Under the pieces are notes generated by a model that did not search any database, had not been told where the DNA came from, and saw nothing but the letters and a program-made list of their open reading frames with translations. DNA of 64,000 nucleotides from positions 5,722 to 69,721 of the forward strand of contig JAFRAU010000036.1 in NCBI GenBank assembly GCA_017405245.1, written 5' to 3'. Positions 35,408-45,299 of the stretch are shown here, in pieces. The translations under genes and the position numbers were made by a program. The DNA comes from Candidatus Saccharimonadota bacterium. GTDB taxonomy: Bacteria > Patescibacteriota > Saccharimonadia > Saccharimonadales > Saccharimonadaceae. Within the stretch, counting starts at the first letter, position 1. Each line of letters opens with the position of its first letter.

Positions 35408-36687
35408 TGCTTGCTATCTATATTATTTCAATTTGTGCCTTGCTGTTTTTTGGCTATCGAATTACAAAGAAGATTTTGAATCCTGTAACGATATATAATT
35501 TTGTTTGGTTAGTTATAGTACTACTTTATCAATTAAGAATTTCTGGTTTGCAGCAAGAGCTTAGTGATGACACGATGTGGCTATTACTGTTGAAATCTGT
35601 GGTGTTTACGGTTGCTTTTTCATTCTTCTATTTAGTAAGAATGAGAAAAAAAGACCGCGAGAAGGAAGATAAGCATAAGGCTAAAACGTTGTCATTTAAG
35701 GAGGTGGATTATAAGAAGATTTTGATTCCGCTTTTTGTTGTTTGGTGTGTAGTAGAAATCGTTGAGACTATATATAGCGGTGGACTTCCAATTGTTTGGA
35801 AGCTTGTTGGCGATTCGCGGACATATTTTGATTACGGTATATCAACAGTGCATGGGTTGATGAACGCAATTGGTCTAGTAATAATTAGCCTATCGACATT
35901 ATTGTTCTTAAAGGCGAATGATAGGAAGAAAAAGATGGGCTACGCTGGAATTATCGTTCTTCTTTTAGGATTTTATTTGAGTCTTATCACTAGACAAGTT
36001 ATTATTAGTGCGATTATACAAATGTTTGTAATTTATCTACTAGTGAGAAAACCGTACAAGAAAAAGGGTTTCTATTTGAAACTGACCTCAATTGCAGTTA
36101 TCGGAGTGATAATTTTTGGGGTGATTGGTAACTTTCGAACTGGATACGATAACTTTCTTGACGTGGCTGTCATTAACAGCGAAGTTCAATTGCCACAACC
36201 TCTGGCTGGGTTTTATTGGGTATATATGTATTTGACAATGTCACTTGCAAATATTAATAACGCAGTCGTTTTAGGAATCAATCATTTTGGTGGATTGTAT
36301 CCGGCCGCTAGAACTTTTCTTCCAACTGTATTATCGAGGGCAATTTTCCCGCCCGAGACGGCTATTCGTGTACCTGTACCGAATTATTTGGTATCACAGG
36401 CGTTTAACGTTTCCGGGTATTTTATTGACTTTTACGTGGGTATGGGGACGCTAGGAGTAGTATTAATAGCAGCTATCTACGGTCTTTTAGGTGGCATTAT
36501 ATATAGCGCATTGAGACGCAGGATGAGCGAGAGGAATATTATGTTGTATGCTGTGTTTGTGCAGATTATTCTTCTATCTTTCTTCTTCAATCATTTGTTC
36601 TACCTGCCGAGCGGATTCCAACTTATTATTATCTTGGCAATATACTATATCATGTCCAGAAATGAGGTTCGGCATGAAAAGAATTAA
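35407..36687 (+). CDS. Oligosaccharide repeat-unit polymerase (Wzy-like)
   Basis: About 10-12 predicted TM segments. Position is between GT genes of a Wzx/Wzy-type cluster. Confidence 0.55.
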   Translation: MLAIYIISICALLFFGYRITKKILNPVTIYNFVWLVIVLLYQLRISGLQQELSDDTMWLLLLKSVVFTVAFSFFYLVRMRKKDREKEDKHKAKTLSFKEVDYKKILIPLFVVWCVVEIVETIYSGGLPIVWKLVGDSRTYFDYGISTVHGLMNAIGLVIISLSTLLFLKANDRKKKMGYAGIIVLLLGFYLSLITRQVIISAIIQMFVIYLLVRKPYKKKGFYLKLTSIAVIGVIIFGVIGNFRTGYDNFLDVAVINSEVQLPQPLAGFYWVYMYLTMSLANINNAVVLGINHFGGLYPAARTFLPTVLSRAIFPPETAIRVPVPNYLVSQAFNVSGYFIDFYVGMGTLGVVLIAAIYGLLGGIIYSALRRRMSERNIMLYAVFVQIILLSFFFNHLFYLPSGFQLIIILAIYYIMSRNEVRHEKN

Positions 36688-37819
36688 AATTTTAGAAGTT
36701 GTGCCGTCACTTGTTTTTGGGGGTGTGGAACAGTTTCTATATAACTATTTGTCTCATATGAATTTGGATTTATTTGACGTACACATTCTAACTCAGGAAC
36801 CTCGTCAGTATGATGCTGAGGAACGTTTTTTGAAATTAGGAGTGAAGATACATGGAGTGCCTACAAAGAGAAAAAATTTAGTACAGTATTTTAAAAGAAC
36901 TAATCATATCCTAAAAAAGGAAAAGTTTGATATTGTTCATTGCCATATTAGCACAAAGAGTTTTTGGATGCTTGGTTTGGCAAAATATAATCATGTTCCG
37001 ATTCGGATTTATCATGCACATGAAGCAGGTGTTTACAGGGGGTTGTCTTTGATGAAGTGGAAGCTTTTTGCCAGGCTTAGTCTACATTATGCTACTGATT
37101 TATTCGCGTGTGGAGAGAAAGCGGCGCGGTTTTGTTTTGGGAAGAAAAAATACTATTTCGTACCTAATGCTATTGACCCTAAAAAATTTGCATTTAATAA
37201 GAAATGGCGTAAGGAAATTAGAAATAAATATAATATTAGTGATGAGGATTTTGTAATTGGCAGTATTGCAAGATTTGTACAAGTAAAAAATCATAGGTAT
37301 TTGGTTGATGTTTTACGTAGGATAAAAAATGAGAAGTTTAAGCTTCTTTTTATTGGAGATGGCCCGTTAAAAGAGGAAATCCAGAAATATTGTAGAGAGA
37401 TGGAGTTAGCGCCAAGGATTATCTTTTTGAGTTCAACTAATGAGCCAGAAAAATATTATGCAGCAATGGACGTGGTGGCCATGCCGTCGTTTTCGGAAGG
37501 ATTTCCAGTCATAGCTGTTGAGGCGCAATGTTCTGGACTTCCTGTTGTTTTTTCCAATAATATAACTCGTGAGGCTGGACTATCAAATGATGCTATTTTT
37601 GTCGATTTGAATGATGAAAAAGGTTGGACTAATGCAATTACTCGTGCCTATAAAAATCGAGATATTGATGATAGAAAGAACGGGTATGTAGTTGTATCGG
37701 ATTCGAAATATAATATCTATAAAAGCGCAAGTAATTTAGAGCAAAAATATTTAGAGCTCTTTAATGGCATCAACAAGGGCGAAGCTGGATTGGAGAGAAT
37801 AGGTGTTTCTTATGGATGA
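36674..37819 (+). CDS. Glycosyltransferase family 4 (GT-B)
   Basis: MKRIKILEVVPSLVFGGVEQ N-terminus and PSFSEGFPVIAVEAQCSGLPVV (E-x7-E region). The upstream part of the tracked ORF overlaps wzy and is not counted. Confidence 0.8.
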   Translation: MKRIKILEVVPSLVFGGVEQFLYNYLSHMNLDLFDVHILTQEPRQYDAEERFLKLGVKIHGVPTKRKNLVQYFKRTNHILKKEKFDIVHCHISTKSFWMLGLAKYNHVPIRIYHAHEAGVYRGLSLMKWKLFARLSLHYATDLFACGEKAARFCFGKKKYYFVPNAIDPKKFAFNKKWRKEIRNKYNISDEDFVIGSIARFVQVKNHRYLVDVLRRIKNEKFKLLFIGDGPLKEEIQKYCREMELAPRIIFLSSTNEPEKYYAAMDVVAMPSFSEGFPVIAVEAQCSGLPVVFSNNITREAGLSNDAIFVDLNDEKGWTNAITRAYKNRDIDDRKNGYVVVSDSKYNIYKSASNLEQKYLELFNGINKGEAGLERIGVSYG

Positions 37820-38990
37820 ACAGAAAAAAACAATTATGTTTGTCGTTCCTACATTAGTAGGCGGCGGTGCTGAAAAAACTGTTGCAAATTTATCGAGATA
37901 CTTAACGAGGTATTATAATGTTATTATTGTTGTGTTAGATGATACTAAGCAAAAGTATTCTTATGGTGGACGACTCATAGTTCTCAAAACTGTGATACGG
38001 AAAGGTTTGTTTGGGAAATTTTTTAGTAGAATCGCGCGAGCAAGAGAATTAAAGAAAATTAAGACTGATAATAATATAAGTTGTTCTATTTCTTTTTTGC
38101 TCCAAGCAGATTTACTAAATGTATTATCTAAGGGAAAAGAGCGGTGTATCGTTTCAATTAGAAATAATGATGCTGTTTTATTTAAAAACGGCCCGTATGG
38201 ATTAATAGTAAGGTATTGCTTAAAACACTGTGACTTGATAGTTTCTATTTCTGAGCAAGTGAGAAAAAACCTTATAGCTACTTTTAAGATTGCACCTAAA
38301 AAAATAACAACGATTTATAATCCATGTCTTACAATTGAGTTTAAAAAGGGATCTTCTACGGTAAACCCTGCATATTTTAGTAACTTTTTCACTTTTATCA
38401 ACGTTGCTAGGCTGACCGACCAGAAAGGACAGTGGCATTTAATAAGGTCTTTTAAAGTGGTGGCCGAGAATTATCCAGAGGCGAAGTTGATTATACTTGG
38501 TAAGGGTGAATTAGAAGGTTATTTGAAGCAGCTGATTTCTGATTTAGGTCTAGAAAAAAACGTCACAATGCTTGGTTTTGTAGATAATCCGTATGATTAT
38601 TTACAAAAGAGTGATGTATTTGTCTTCTCTTCTTTATTTGAGGGGTTGGGTAATTCCATATTGGAAGCAATGTCTTATGGACTACCAATTATATCAACTG
38701 ATTGTGACTATGGCCCAAGAGAACTTTTATCTTCTAGTGATAATATTCAAAGGGCGAGAAAAACATATGTTAAGGCGAAATATGGAGTACTGTGTCCGGC
38801 TTTTGATGATATAAAATATTCTGCTAGCGATCAGTTTACTGACCAAGAATTAGAATATGCGAAAGCAATGATGCTGCTAATTGAAAACCGTAAAATTTTC
38901 GAGCGATATTGTGCGCTATCAAAAGAAAGAGCAAAATCTTTTGATATTAATATTATAGCAAATAAATGGAGGGAGGTGATTGATGATTAA
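37812..38990 (+). CDS. Glycosyltransferase family 4 (GT-B)
   Basis: FVVPTLVGGGAEK and SSLFEGLGNSILEAMSYGLPIIS motifs. Confidence 0.8.
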   Translation: MDEQKKTIMFVVPTLVGGGAEKTVANLSRYLTRYYNVIIVVLDDTKQKYSYGGRLIVLKTVIRKGLFGKFFSRIARARELKKIKTDNNISCSISFLLQADLLNVLSKGKERCIVSIRNNDAVLFKNGPYGLIVRYCLKHCDLIVSISEQVRKNLIATFKIAPKKITTIYNPCLTIEFKKGSSTVNPAYFSNFFTFINVARLTDQKGQWHLIRSFKVVAENYPEAKLIILGKGELEGYLKQLISDLGLEKNVTMLGFVDNPYDYLQKSDVFVFSSLFEGLGNSILEAMSYGLPIISTDCDYGPRELLSSSDNIQRARKTYVKAKYGVLCPAFDDIKYSASDQFTDQELEYAKAMMLLIENRKIFERYCALSKERAKSFDINIIANKWREVIDD

Positions 38991-39717
38991 GAAGCTACTT
39001 GGTAAACTGATATACAAAGAGACTTATTCCGAGGACACTTTTGTTAATTTTTTAAATAAAAATGGTGTGTCGGTAGGTAAAAATACGTGTTTCTTTGATC
39101 CTAGAACGACTTTTATTGATGTTAATAGAGGAAATTACATTAAAATAGGTGCTAACTGCAAAATAACGTCAGGAGTAAGGATAGTCGCACATGATTATAG
39201 TTGGAGTAATTTAATTGATAGCAATAAAGTAATTTATCCGAGTGGCGGTAAACATGTCGAAATTGGCGATAACGTGTTTATTGGAGTTAACACGACGATT
39301 ATTGGCCCAGTGAAAATAGGGAATAATGTTATTATTGGAGCTGGGTCACTAGTTTGTAAAGATCTGCCGGATAATACAGTTTGTGCTGGGAATCCGGCGA
39401 GAGTGATTAAAAGTATGGATGAATATGTCAAAAAAGCAAAAGAGACAATGTTGGAAAACTTATACGATGACGTGGATGTATTTATTGCAAAAAACCATAG
39501 GTTTCCGAGTATGACAGAGTGTGGGGGGGGGAGATACGCTGTGCTATTTATGGATAAAACAGAAGAAAACTGGCAGTGGTATGCATCAACGGTTTCCCTA
39601 AAAGGCGTTAACTTGGAGTCTGCTCGTGGGGCTTTTATGAGTACGGAGAAAGTGTTTGAAAGTTATGATGAGTTTAGAAATGGTTACGAGAAATCTAGAA
39701 AAGAGAGAGGCAAATAG
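38980..39717 (+). CDS. Hexapeptide-repeat (LbH) O-acetyltransferase
   Basis: IGDNVFIGVNTTIIGPVKIGNNVIIGAGSLV...AGNPARVI. Confidence 0.8.
   Translation: MMIKKLLGKLIYKETYSEDTFVNFLNKNGVSVGKNTCFFDPRTTFIDVNRGNYIKIGANCKITSGVRIVAHDYSWSNLIDSNKVIYPSGGKHVEIGDNVFIGVNTTIIGPVKIGNNVIIGAGSLVCKDLPDNTVCAGNPARVIKSMDEYVKKAKETMLENLYDDVDVFIAKNHRFPSMTECGGGRYAVLFMDKTEENWQWYASTVSLKGVNLESARGAFMSTEKVFESYDEFRNGYEKSRKERGK
39523..39531 (+). repeat. G9 homopolymer inside the acetyltransferase CDS
   Basis: gtGGGGGGGGGag encodes Gly-Gly-Gly at about codon 182 of 245. Confidence 0.95.
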
Positions 39718-41163
39718 ATGGTTTCTGTAAAGAAAGAAACTCTTAATTATTTCATAGGAACTGCATTGTTGGCTATTCTTAATTTTGCGGTTTCAATTTT
39801 GTATGGCGATATGTTTTCACCGGAAGATTATGGAGCCTATTCTCTTGCCTTTGCTACTTATTCTCTTTTGAGTCAAATGGTAGTTGGTTGGGTTTCCATG
39901 TCGTTAATTCGTTATTATATTGTCCATAAAAAAGCCGGAACTGATCATAAGCTAATTAGCTCTGTGTTTGTTCAGCATATTGTTTTTTCGATATTGCAGT
40001 TTATTTTGATTCTAATAAGCGTGCAATTTATCCCGTTGTCTGCCGAACTTAAAACGTTTGCTATTATTTTTTCAATTTTCTTCTTTTTTGAGTCATATGT
40101 CCTGTTTATTAATACATTAATGCGCATTGATAATAATTCTAAACAGTATAATATTAATATCAATATTAACTGTCTCTTAAAAATTGGGATTTTGCTATTA
40201 TTTTATTATGTATTTGGACTAAAAGCTGTTTATGTAATAGCACTGTCACTTCTATGTGCTGAGATAATCCAAACTGTTTATCTTACGATTAAATTTAAAT
40301 TTTATAAATATTTTACTTTCAAGCAATTTAGTTCAAAGATACTTTTGCAATTATTTAAATATGGGGCACCTTTGATAGGCGCATCTATTTCTAATTGGAT
40401 TTTGAACGTTTCTGATCGATACGTTATTAATTTTTTCTATTCAGATTACGATGTTGGATTGTATTCGTATTCGTATAGCCTCGCTAGTAGTATAATATCT
40501 CTCCTCTCACAATTTATTATGCTTGGTGCTTATCCTAATATTATAAAAATGTGGGAGGAATATGGAAAAGAGAAGACAGTAGCTTTAATAAAAAAATATT
40601 TGACCTTGTATATTCTCATTATTTTGCCTGTATGCTTTGGGTTCCTATGTATGGGTGAAAGGTTCTTTTTGCTTTTTACAAATGAGCGCTATTGGAGTAG
40701 TTATATGAACTTCATTATTACTGGATTTGGAATTGCTGTTTTGGGTTTTAACTCTTACGCAAGCAAAGTTTGGGAATTAAAAAAGAAGACAGGCACTACT
40801 TTGATATTGAATGCTGTTGCCGCAGTACTTAACATAGTGTTGAATTTTTGGCTTATTCCTAAATTTGGCTATATTATGGGTTCGGTGACTACTTTGGTAT
40901 CATATGTAGTGTATCTTTTATTATCAGTATTGTTAGGTAGAAAATATTTGAGATTGCAGGTTGATTGGCCAAAGGTTTTAAAAATAGGAGTTGCCTCGTT
41001 AATGATGATGATAGCCTTACTGCTAATGAATAATTTGCCGCTATTGAATAACTTTGCCGGCTTTCTCTTAGAGTGTACAGTTGGAGTACTGGTGTATATA
41101 TTCGCCATCTCTATTTTAAAAGTTGTAGATTTTTCTGATCTTAAAAAGATGTTTATTAGATAG
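39718..41163 (+). CDS. Polysaccharide flippase (Wzx, MOP superfamily)
   Basis: 481 aa, about 12-14 TM segments. Typical position in the cluster. Confidence 0.7.
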   Translation: MVSVKKETLNYFIGTALLAILNFAVSILYGDMFSPEDYGAYSLAFATYSLLSQMVVGWVSMSLIRYYIVHKKAGTDHKLISSVFVQHIVFSILQFILILISVQFIPLSAELKTFAIIFSIFFFFESYVLFINTLMRIDNNSKQYNINININCLLKIGILLLFYYVFGLKAVYVIALSLLCAEIIQTVYLTIKFKFYKYFTFKQFSSKILLQLFKYGAPLIGASISNWILNVSDRYVINFFYSDYDVGLYSYSYSLASSIISLLSQFIMLGAYPNIIKMWEEYGKEKTVALIKKYLTLYILIILPVCFGFLCMGERFFLLFTNERYWSSYMNFIITGFGIAVLGFNSYASKVWELKKKTGTTLILNAVAAVLNIVLNFWLIPKFGYIMGSVTTLVSYVVYLLLSVLLGRKYLRLQVDWPKVLKIGVASLMMMIALLLMNNLPLLNNFAGFLLECTVGVLVYIFAISILKVVDFSDLKKMFIR

Positions 41164-41183
41164 TGTGAGAACTAGTGGTGCTT

Positions 41184-42119
41184 TTATTCATCTGGATTTA
41201 CTAGAATCCAATTTGGCTGGAAAATGTCTTTGTTTTGGTAGCCGTTTTTCCATCTTGTTGGAGCTATAACTATTTTAGATTGATTTCTAGATAGGTATTG
41301 AGCCCACCATGAAAATGAACTGTTAGAAATGATAAAATGTTTGCAACTATACATCATGCGTAATTTTTCCCAAACTGGGTTGTTTCCGTTTTCGAATATT
41401 GTTCCAGTTGGAAAGATCATATTGTTTTTGACCCAGTTTATATCATCGGAGAATATAAAGAACGATGGGTCTTTTATTCTATCCTGGATTTCCTTAATTG
41501 CGCGGTAAAAGTATTCTGGCGTACAGACATACTGTCTTTTCTTTAAGGACGCATTATCGACGAAGTCTCCTCGCCGTATAGTTATACAGACCGATTGGGT
41601 TTTATTGATTGCACTATATATCTTATTATTACTTTGAAGGGGTGGTTGTTTAGGAGTGAATTGTTGTAAAATATCATTACGATATTTATCGAAATATTGT
41701 GCTGACTCGAAGCAGCCTATAAAAATTTTGTTTTTATTTCGTGACTTTTGAAGCGGTATATATCCTTGTTCGACGTGATATATACCGTGTTTCATAAATC
41801 TTTTAAATAATCTATTATCTAATGTACTAATTTTTTGTAATCTTTTTGTCACGTCTTTTGCGTATAATCTATTGATTATTAAAGATACTGTCTTTACAAA
41901 AGATAGGAGGACGGATTGAGTTATATTTAGCGTGGGTTCTTTTTGAACTGTTCGATAGTCAGCCTGGAAAGACTTTAAGTCATCTATGAATGTTTCGTTT
42001 TCTAAATGATTAAAGTTTAATGCTATGTCATTGTCATTGTTTTCTTTTGAAAAAGCGTACATCGTGGCATATTGAAACATCTGATTGCCTAAGCGTCCGG
42101 ACATGTTTTTGTATATCAT
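41184..42119 (-). CDS. Alpha-1,2-fucosyltransferase (GT11)
   Basis: MSGRLGNQMFQYA N-terminal motif and FIISNSSFSWWAQYL C-terminal motif of GT11. Confidence 0.8.
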   Translation of the reverse strand: MIYKNMSGRLGNQMFQYATMYAFSKENNDNDIALNFNHLENETFIDDLKSFQADYRTVQKEPTLNITQSVLLSFVKTVSLIINRLYAKDVTKRLQKISTLDNRLFKRFMKHGIYHVEQGYIPLQKSRNKNKIFIGCFESAQYFDKYRNDILQQFTPKQPPLQSNNKIYSAINKTQSVCITIRRGDFVDNASLKKRQYVCTPEYFYRAIKEIQDRIKDPSFFIFSDDINWVKNNMIFPTGTIFENGNNPVWEKLRMMYSCKHFIISNSSFSWWAQYLSRNQSKIVIAPTRWKNGYQNKDIFQPNWILVNPDE

Positions 42120-42308
42120 TTGTGATATTATAGCATATTTCTTAACTTTTTGCTTGAAAAACTCGACTCTATTACGTGTCTCCCAGGGTTTTAAAAGATT
42201 GGAGCCGGATTTTACACGAAATCAAGATTTTGTGCTTAGCGTGTGGTTTAGTTGGAATACTGATGGAGCTTAGATTACAATTTAGCGAATTTATGATATA
42301 ATAATCTC

Positions 42309-43520
42309 ATGAAAATTGCAGTAGCAGGAACAGGATATGTTGGACTGTCACTAGCCACATTGCTCTCCCAGAGACATGATGTGGTAGCTCTTGATGTTGT
42401 GCCGGAGAAAGTTGAAATGATAAACCGGCGGGTTTCGCCGATTGCGGATGAATATATTGAAAAGTTTTTCGCTGAAAAGGCCCTGAGATTAAAAGCGACG
42501 CTTGACTTCAAGGAGGCTTTCTTGGGAGCTGATTTTGTGATTGTATCTACGCCGACAAATTATGATTCGGAGCTAAACTTTTTTGATACTTCATCGGTGG
42601 AGGACATTTTAGCAAAGATTGATAAGTTATATCATGAGACGGATAAAACTAATAATCCGACCGTAGTGATAAAATCTACTATCCCTGTTGGATTTGTAGC
42701 AAAGATGCGGAAAATATATCCTGAAATGAATATTTTCTTCTCGCCTGAATTTTTAAGAGAGGGACGAGCTTTATATGACAACTTGTATCCGTCAAGGATT
42801 ATTGTTGGATGTAGAGAAGATGGAGGAAAACAGGAAGTTTTAGCGTCGGAGGGTGAGAAATTTGCAGGGTTGCTGCTGGAGGCGGCAGAAACGGAAGATG
42901 TACCAGTGCTCTATATGGGGAGTACCGAGGCTGAGGCAGTGAAGCTTTTTGCGAATACTTATTTAGCGCTCAGAGTTTCCTTCTTTAATGAACTTGATAC
43001 ATATGCAGATGTAAAAAATCTAAACGCGAAAGAGATTATAGAGGGAGTGTGCCTAGACCCAAGAATTGGAAGCTACTATAATAATCCTTCGTTTGGTTAT
43101 GGTGGTTATTGCTTGCCAAAAGATACTAAGCAGCTTCTTGCAAATTATGAAGATGTGCCACAAAATTTGATTGAAGCAATCGTGAAGGCGAATGACACTA
43201 GAAAACAATTTATCACTGATGAAATATTAGAGATGAAGCCAGAAGTAGTAGGGATATATAGACTCACGATGAAATCTGGCTCTGATAATTTTAGGTCTAG
43301 TGCGATTCAGGATATTATTAAGAAATTGAGCGATGCTGGGAAGCGAGTAGTTATTTATGAACCAACACTTCTAGCGCCGGATTTTGATGGGATAGAAGTC
43401 TTAACAGATATCGATGAGTTTAAAGAGATTGCCTCGATAATTTTAGCAAATAGAATGGAAAAAGAGCTAGAAGATGTAGCTTCTAAGGTCTATACTAGGG
43501 ATTTGTTTAGCAGAGACTAG
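42309..43520 (+). CDS. ugd: UDP-glucose 6-dehydrogenase
   Basis: MKIAVAGTGYVGLS Rossmann motif and catalytic GYGGYCLPKD. ATG lies 7 nt after TGaTATAAT (42294-42302). Confidence 0.9.
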   Translation: MKIAVAGTGYVGLSLATLLSQRHDVVALDVVPEKVEMINRRVSPIADEYIEKFFAEKALRLKATLDFKEAFLGADFVIVSTPTNYDSELNFFDTSSVEDILAKIDKLYHETDKTNNPTVVIKSTIPVGFVAKMRKIYPEMNIFFSPEFLREGRALYDNLYPSRIIVGCREDGGKQEVLASEGEKFAGLLLEAAETEDVPVLYMGSTEAEAVKLFANTYLALRVSFFNELDTYADVKNLNAKEIIEGVCLDPRIGSYYNNPSFGYGGYCLPKDTKQLLANYEDVPQNLIEAIVKANDTRKQFITDEILEMKPEVVGIYRLTMKSGSDNFRSSAIQDIIKKLSDAGKRVVIYEPTLLAPDFDGIEVLTDIDEFKEIASIILANRMEKELEDVASKVYTRDLFSRD

Positions 43521-43560
43521 GTTTTGTTGAAAAATCTGCAAAACTTTTGATATTAACATC

Positions 43561-43589
43561 TTGACATATATATTAATGTGTGCTAGTAT
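43561..43589 (+). promoter_or_regulatory. vapBC promoter
   Basis: TTGACA (43561-43566), 17-nt spacer, TGcTAGTAT (43581-43589). The flanks contain several TATTAAT repeats up to the start codon. Confidence 0.65.
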
Positions 43590-43630
43590 TAATATTAAGA
43601 AATTATAATATTAATAAAGAAAGTATTAAT

Positions 43631-43951
43631 ATGGGCTATACAGTATCAATTACGAGCGCAGGACAGATGACTTTGCCGAAGGCACTCAGGGAGAAATATG
43701 GAATTACATCCAAGGTTCTCGTAGAGGAAGACAAAAAAACCGGAAAAATTGTCATCGAAAGAGAGAAGACGCGCGAGGAGCAGCTTGATGAAGCTTTGGC
43801 GTATATAGATAACTTATGGACCGATGAGGAACGAGCAAGGATTAAAAAATATGCAGGAATGAGTTTTGAAGAAACCGTAGAAGAATTAGAAAAAACTCCC
43901 GAGGGAAGACGTGAAATAGAAGCAGAATATGGGAAGGGGATTTATGCGTAG
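43631..43951 (+). CDS. vapB: AbrB/SpoVT-fold antitoxin (VapB-like)
   Basis: MGYTVSITSAGQMTLPKALREKYGI swapped-hairpin motif. Overlaps the downstream PIN gene. Confidence 0.7.
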   Translation: MGYTVSITSAGQMTLPKALREKYGITSKVLVEEDKKTGKIVIEREKTREEQLDEALAYIDNLWTDEERARIKKYAGMSFEETVEELEKTPEGRREIEAEYGKGIYA

Positions 43952-44351
43952 TGAGGATGTGCAATCAGTAGATACTAATGTGATATTGAGATTGGTACTT
44001 GGAGATGTTCCATCACAGAGAAAAAGAGCTATTAATCTACTACTCAATGGACATAGATATTTTGTGCCTGAACACGTGATTTCTGAGGCGGTTTTTACTA
44101 TGGAAAGAGGACAGTATAAAATAGGTCGTGAAAAAATTGCGGATAGCTTATGTTCTATCCTAGATAATAAGTGTATAGTTTATGATAAAGAACTTTTTAA
44201 CGAGGTCTTTCCTTATTATGTATCGCATCCGAGATTATCATTCGTTGATTGTCTTTTAGGGTTTGAGGTAGCAAAAACACAGCGAGAGCCGCTTTGGACG
44301 TTTGATCAAGATTTTGCGAAGCAAAGTCCGACGGCGAAATTGGTGCCGTAG
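43944..44351 (+). CDS. vapC: PIN-domain toxin (VapC-like)
   Basis: VDTNVILRL (first acidic residue), SFVDCL, FDQDF. Alternative start at 43929. Confidence 0.75.
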   Translation: MRSEDVQSVDTNVILRLVLGDVPSQRKRAINLLLNGHRYFVPEHVISEAVFTMERGQYKIGREKIADSLCSILDNKCIVYDKELFNEVFPYYVSHPRLSFVDCLLGFEVAKTQREPLWTFDQDFAKQSPTAKLVP

Positions 44352-44392
44352 CTATGGGCATCTATGACGTTTAAGAATTTGAGGCGACTATT

Positions 44393-44430
44393 AAAATAGC
44401 CCTTGCATATTTTGTCAGGGGGGCTATTTT
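44393..44430. terminator. Bidirectional terminator between vapC and pta
   Basis: AAAATAGCCC-18 nt-GGGCTATTTT, with A/T runs on both sides. It overlaps the pta stop codon. Confidence 0.7.
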
Positions 44431-45188
44431 ATGAGTTTTGCTAGCGTTGCTATCACTAGTATTACATCTTCTACGGTACTGCCGCGAGAAAGGTCGCTGG
44501 CGGGTTTTTTGAAGCCTTGGAGAATAGGCCCGGCGGCGGTGTAGCCACCGAATTGTTGCAGAGACTTATAGAGGATGTTGCCGGAATTTAAATCTGGGGT
44601 GATTAGGACATTGGCGTGACCAGCAACAGGGGAAGGATGAGCAGTAGATTTTTTCTTGGCGACAGCAGGGTTTATGGCGCAATCAAGCTGCATTTCGCCA
44701 TCGATTATAATTTCCGGATGGCTTTCATGGATTGACCTGATAACATCGTTGATTTTGTCGATTGATTCATCTTTGGCACTGCCAAAGGTAGAAAAAGAAA
44801 GCATGGCGATTCGAGGTTCGTCGTCTAGGACTTTTTTGGCGGTTTTTTGAGTTTGCAGGACGATGTCTTTTAGTTGCGCACGTGTAGGGTTTTTGGTGAC
44901 ACCGGCATCAGCAATAATGAGCGGTGGGGAACTAGTCTTTTCCATGACGAAACAGCTAGAAAAAGTATCGCCTAAGGCGCCTAGGTAATCCTTGCAAGCT
45001 AAAACGATTTCACGGGTAGTATAATCGATGCCAGCAATCAAAGCATCGGCAGCATTAGATTTAGTCATAAGACACGCTTCTTCTAGTGAACTGGCTTTTA
45101 GGGCGGAAAATTCTGGGTGTGATTTTTGATACTTTAATACAGCTTCCTGAATAATGGGATTTTCTAGCTCCGGAAAAACTATTTTCAT
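44424..45188 (-). CDS. pta: Phosphate acetyl/butyryl-transferase family protein (short form)
   Basis: GHANVLITPDLNSGNILYKSLQ and DLSRGSTVEDV blocks of the PTA_PTB family. At 254 aa it is shorter than typical Pta catalytic domains. Confidence 0.75.
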   Translation of the reverse strand: MKIVFPELENPIIQEAVLKYQKSHPEFSALKASSLEEACLMTKSNAADALIAGIDYTTREIVLACKDYLGALGDTFSSCFVMEKTSSPPLIIADAGVTKNPTRAQLKDIVLQTQKTAKKVLDDEPRIAMLSFSTFGSAKDESIDKINDVIRSIHESHPEIIIDGEMQLDCAINPAVAKKKSTAHPSPVAGHANVLITPDLNSGNILYKSLQQFGGYTAAGPILQGFKKPASDLSRGSTVEDVILVIATLAKLIK

Positions 45189-45299
45189 AGTTTTATACTA
45201 GTGAAAAAGACGGAAAAAGTCAACGGTATGATAAAATAGAACTATGATGAGGATGGTTTCTAGTAGGTAGATTGCGCGTGAGGAACCTGACTGATTTAA

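Noticed and set aside
36548-36673. N-terminal 42 codons of the tracked GT4 ORF
   Set aside because: They overlap the 3' end of the Wzy gene. The GT4 family N-terminus (MKRIKILEVVP...GG) begins at the ATG at 36674.
42085-42273. 62-aa plus-strand ORF between GT11 and ugd
   Set aside because: It starts inside the GT11 gene on the opposite strand and spans the divergent promoter region. No ribosome-binding site.
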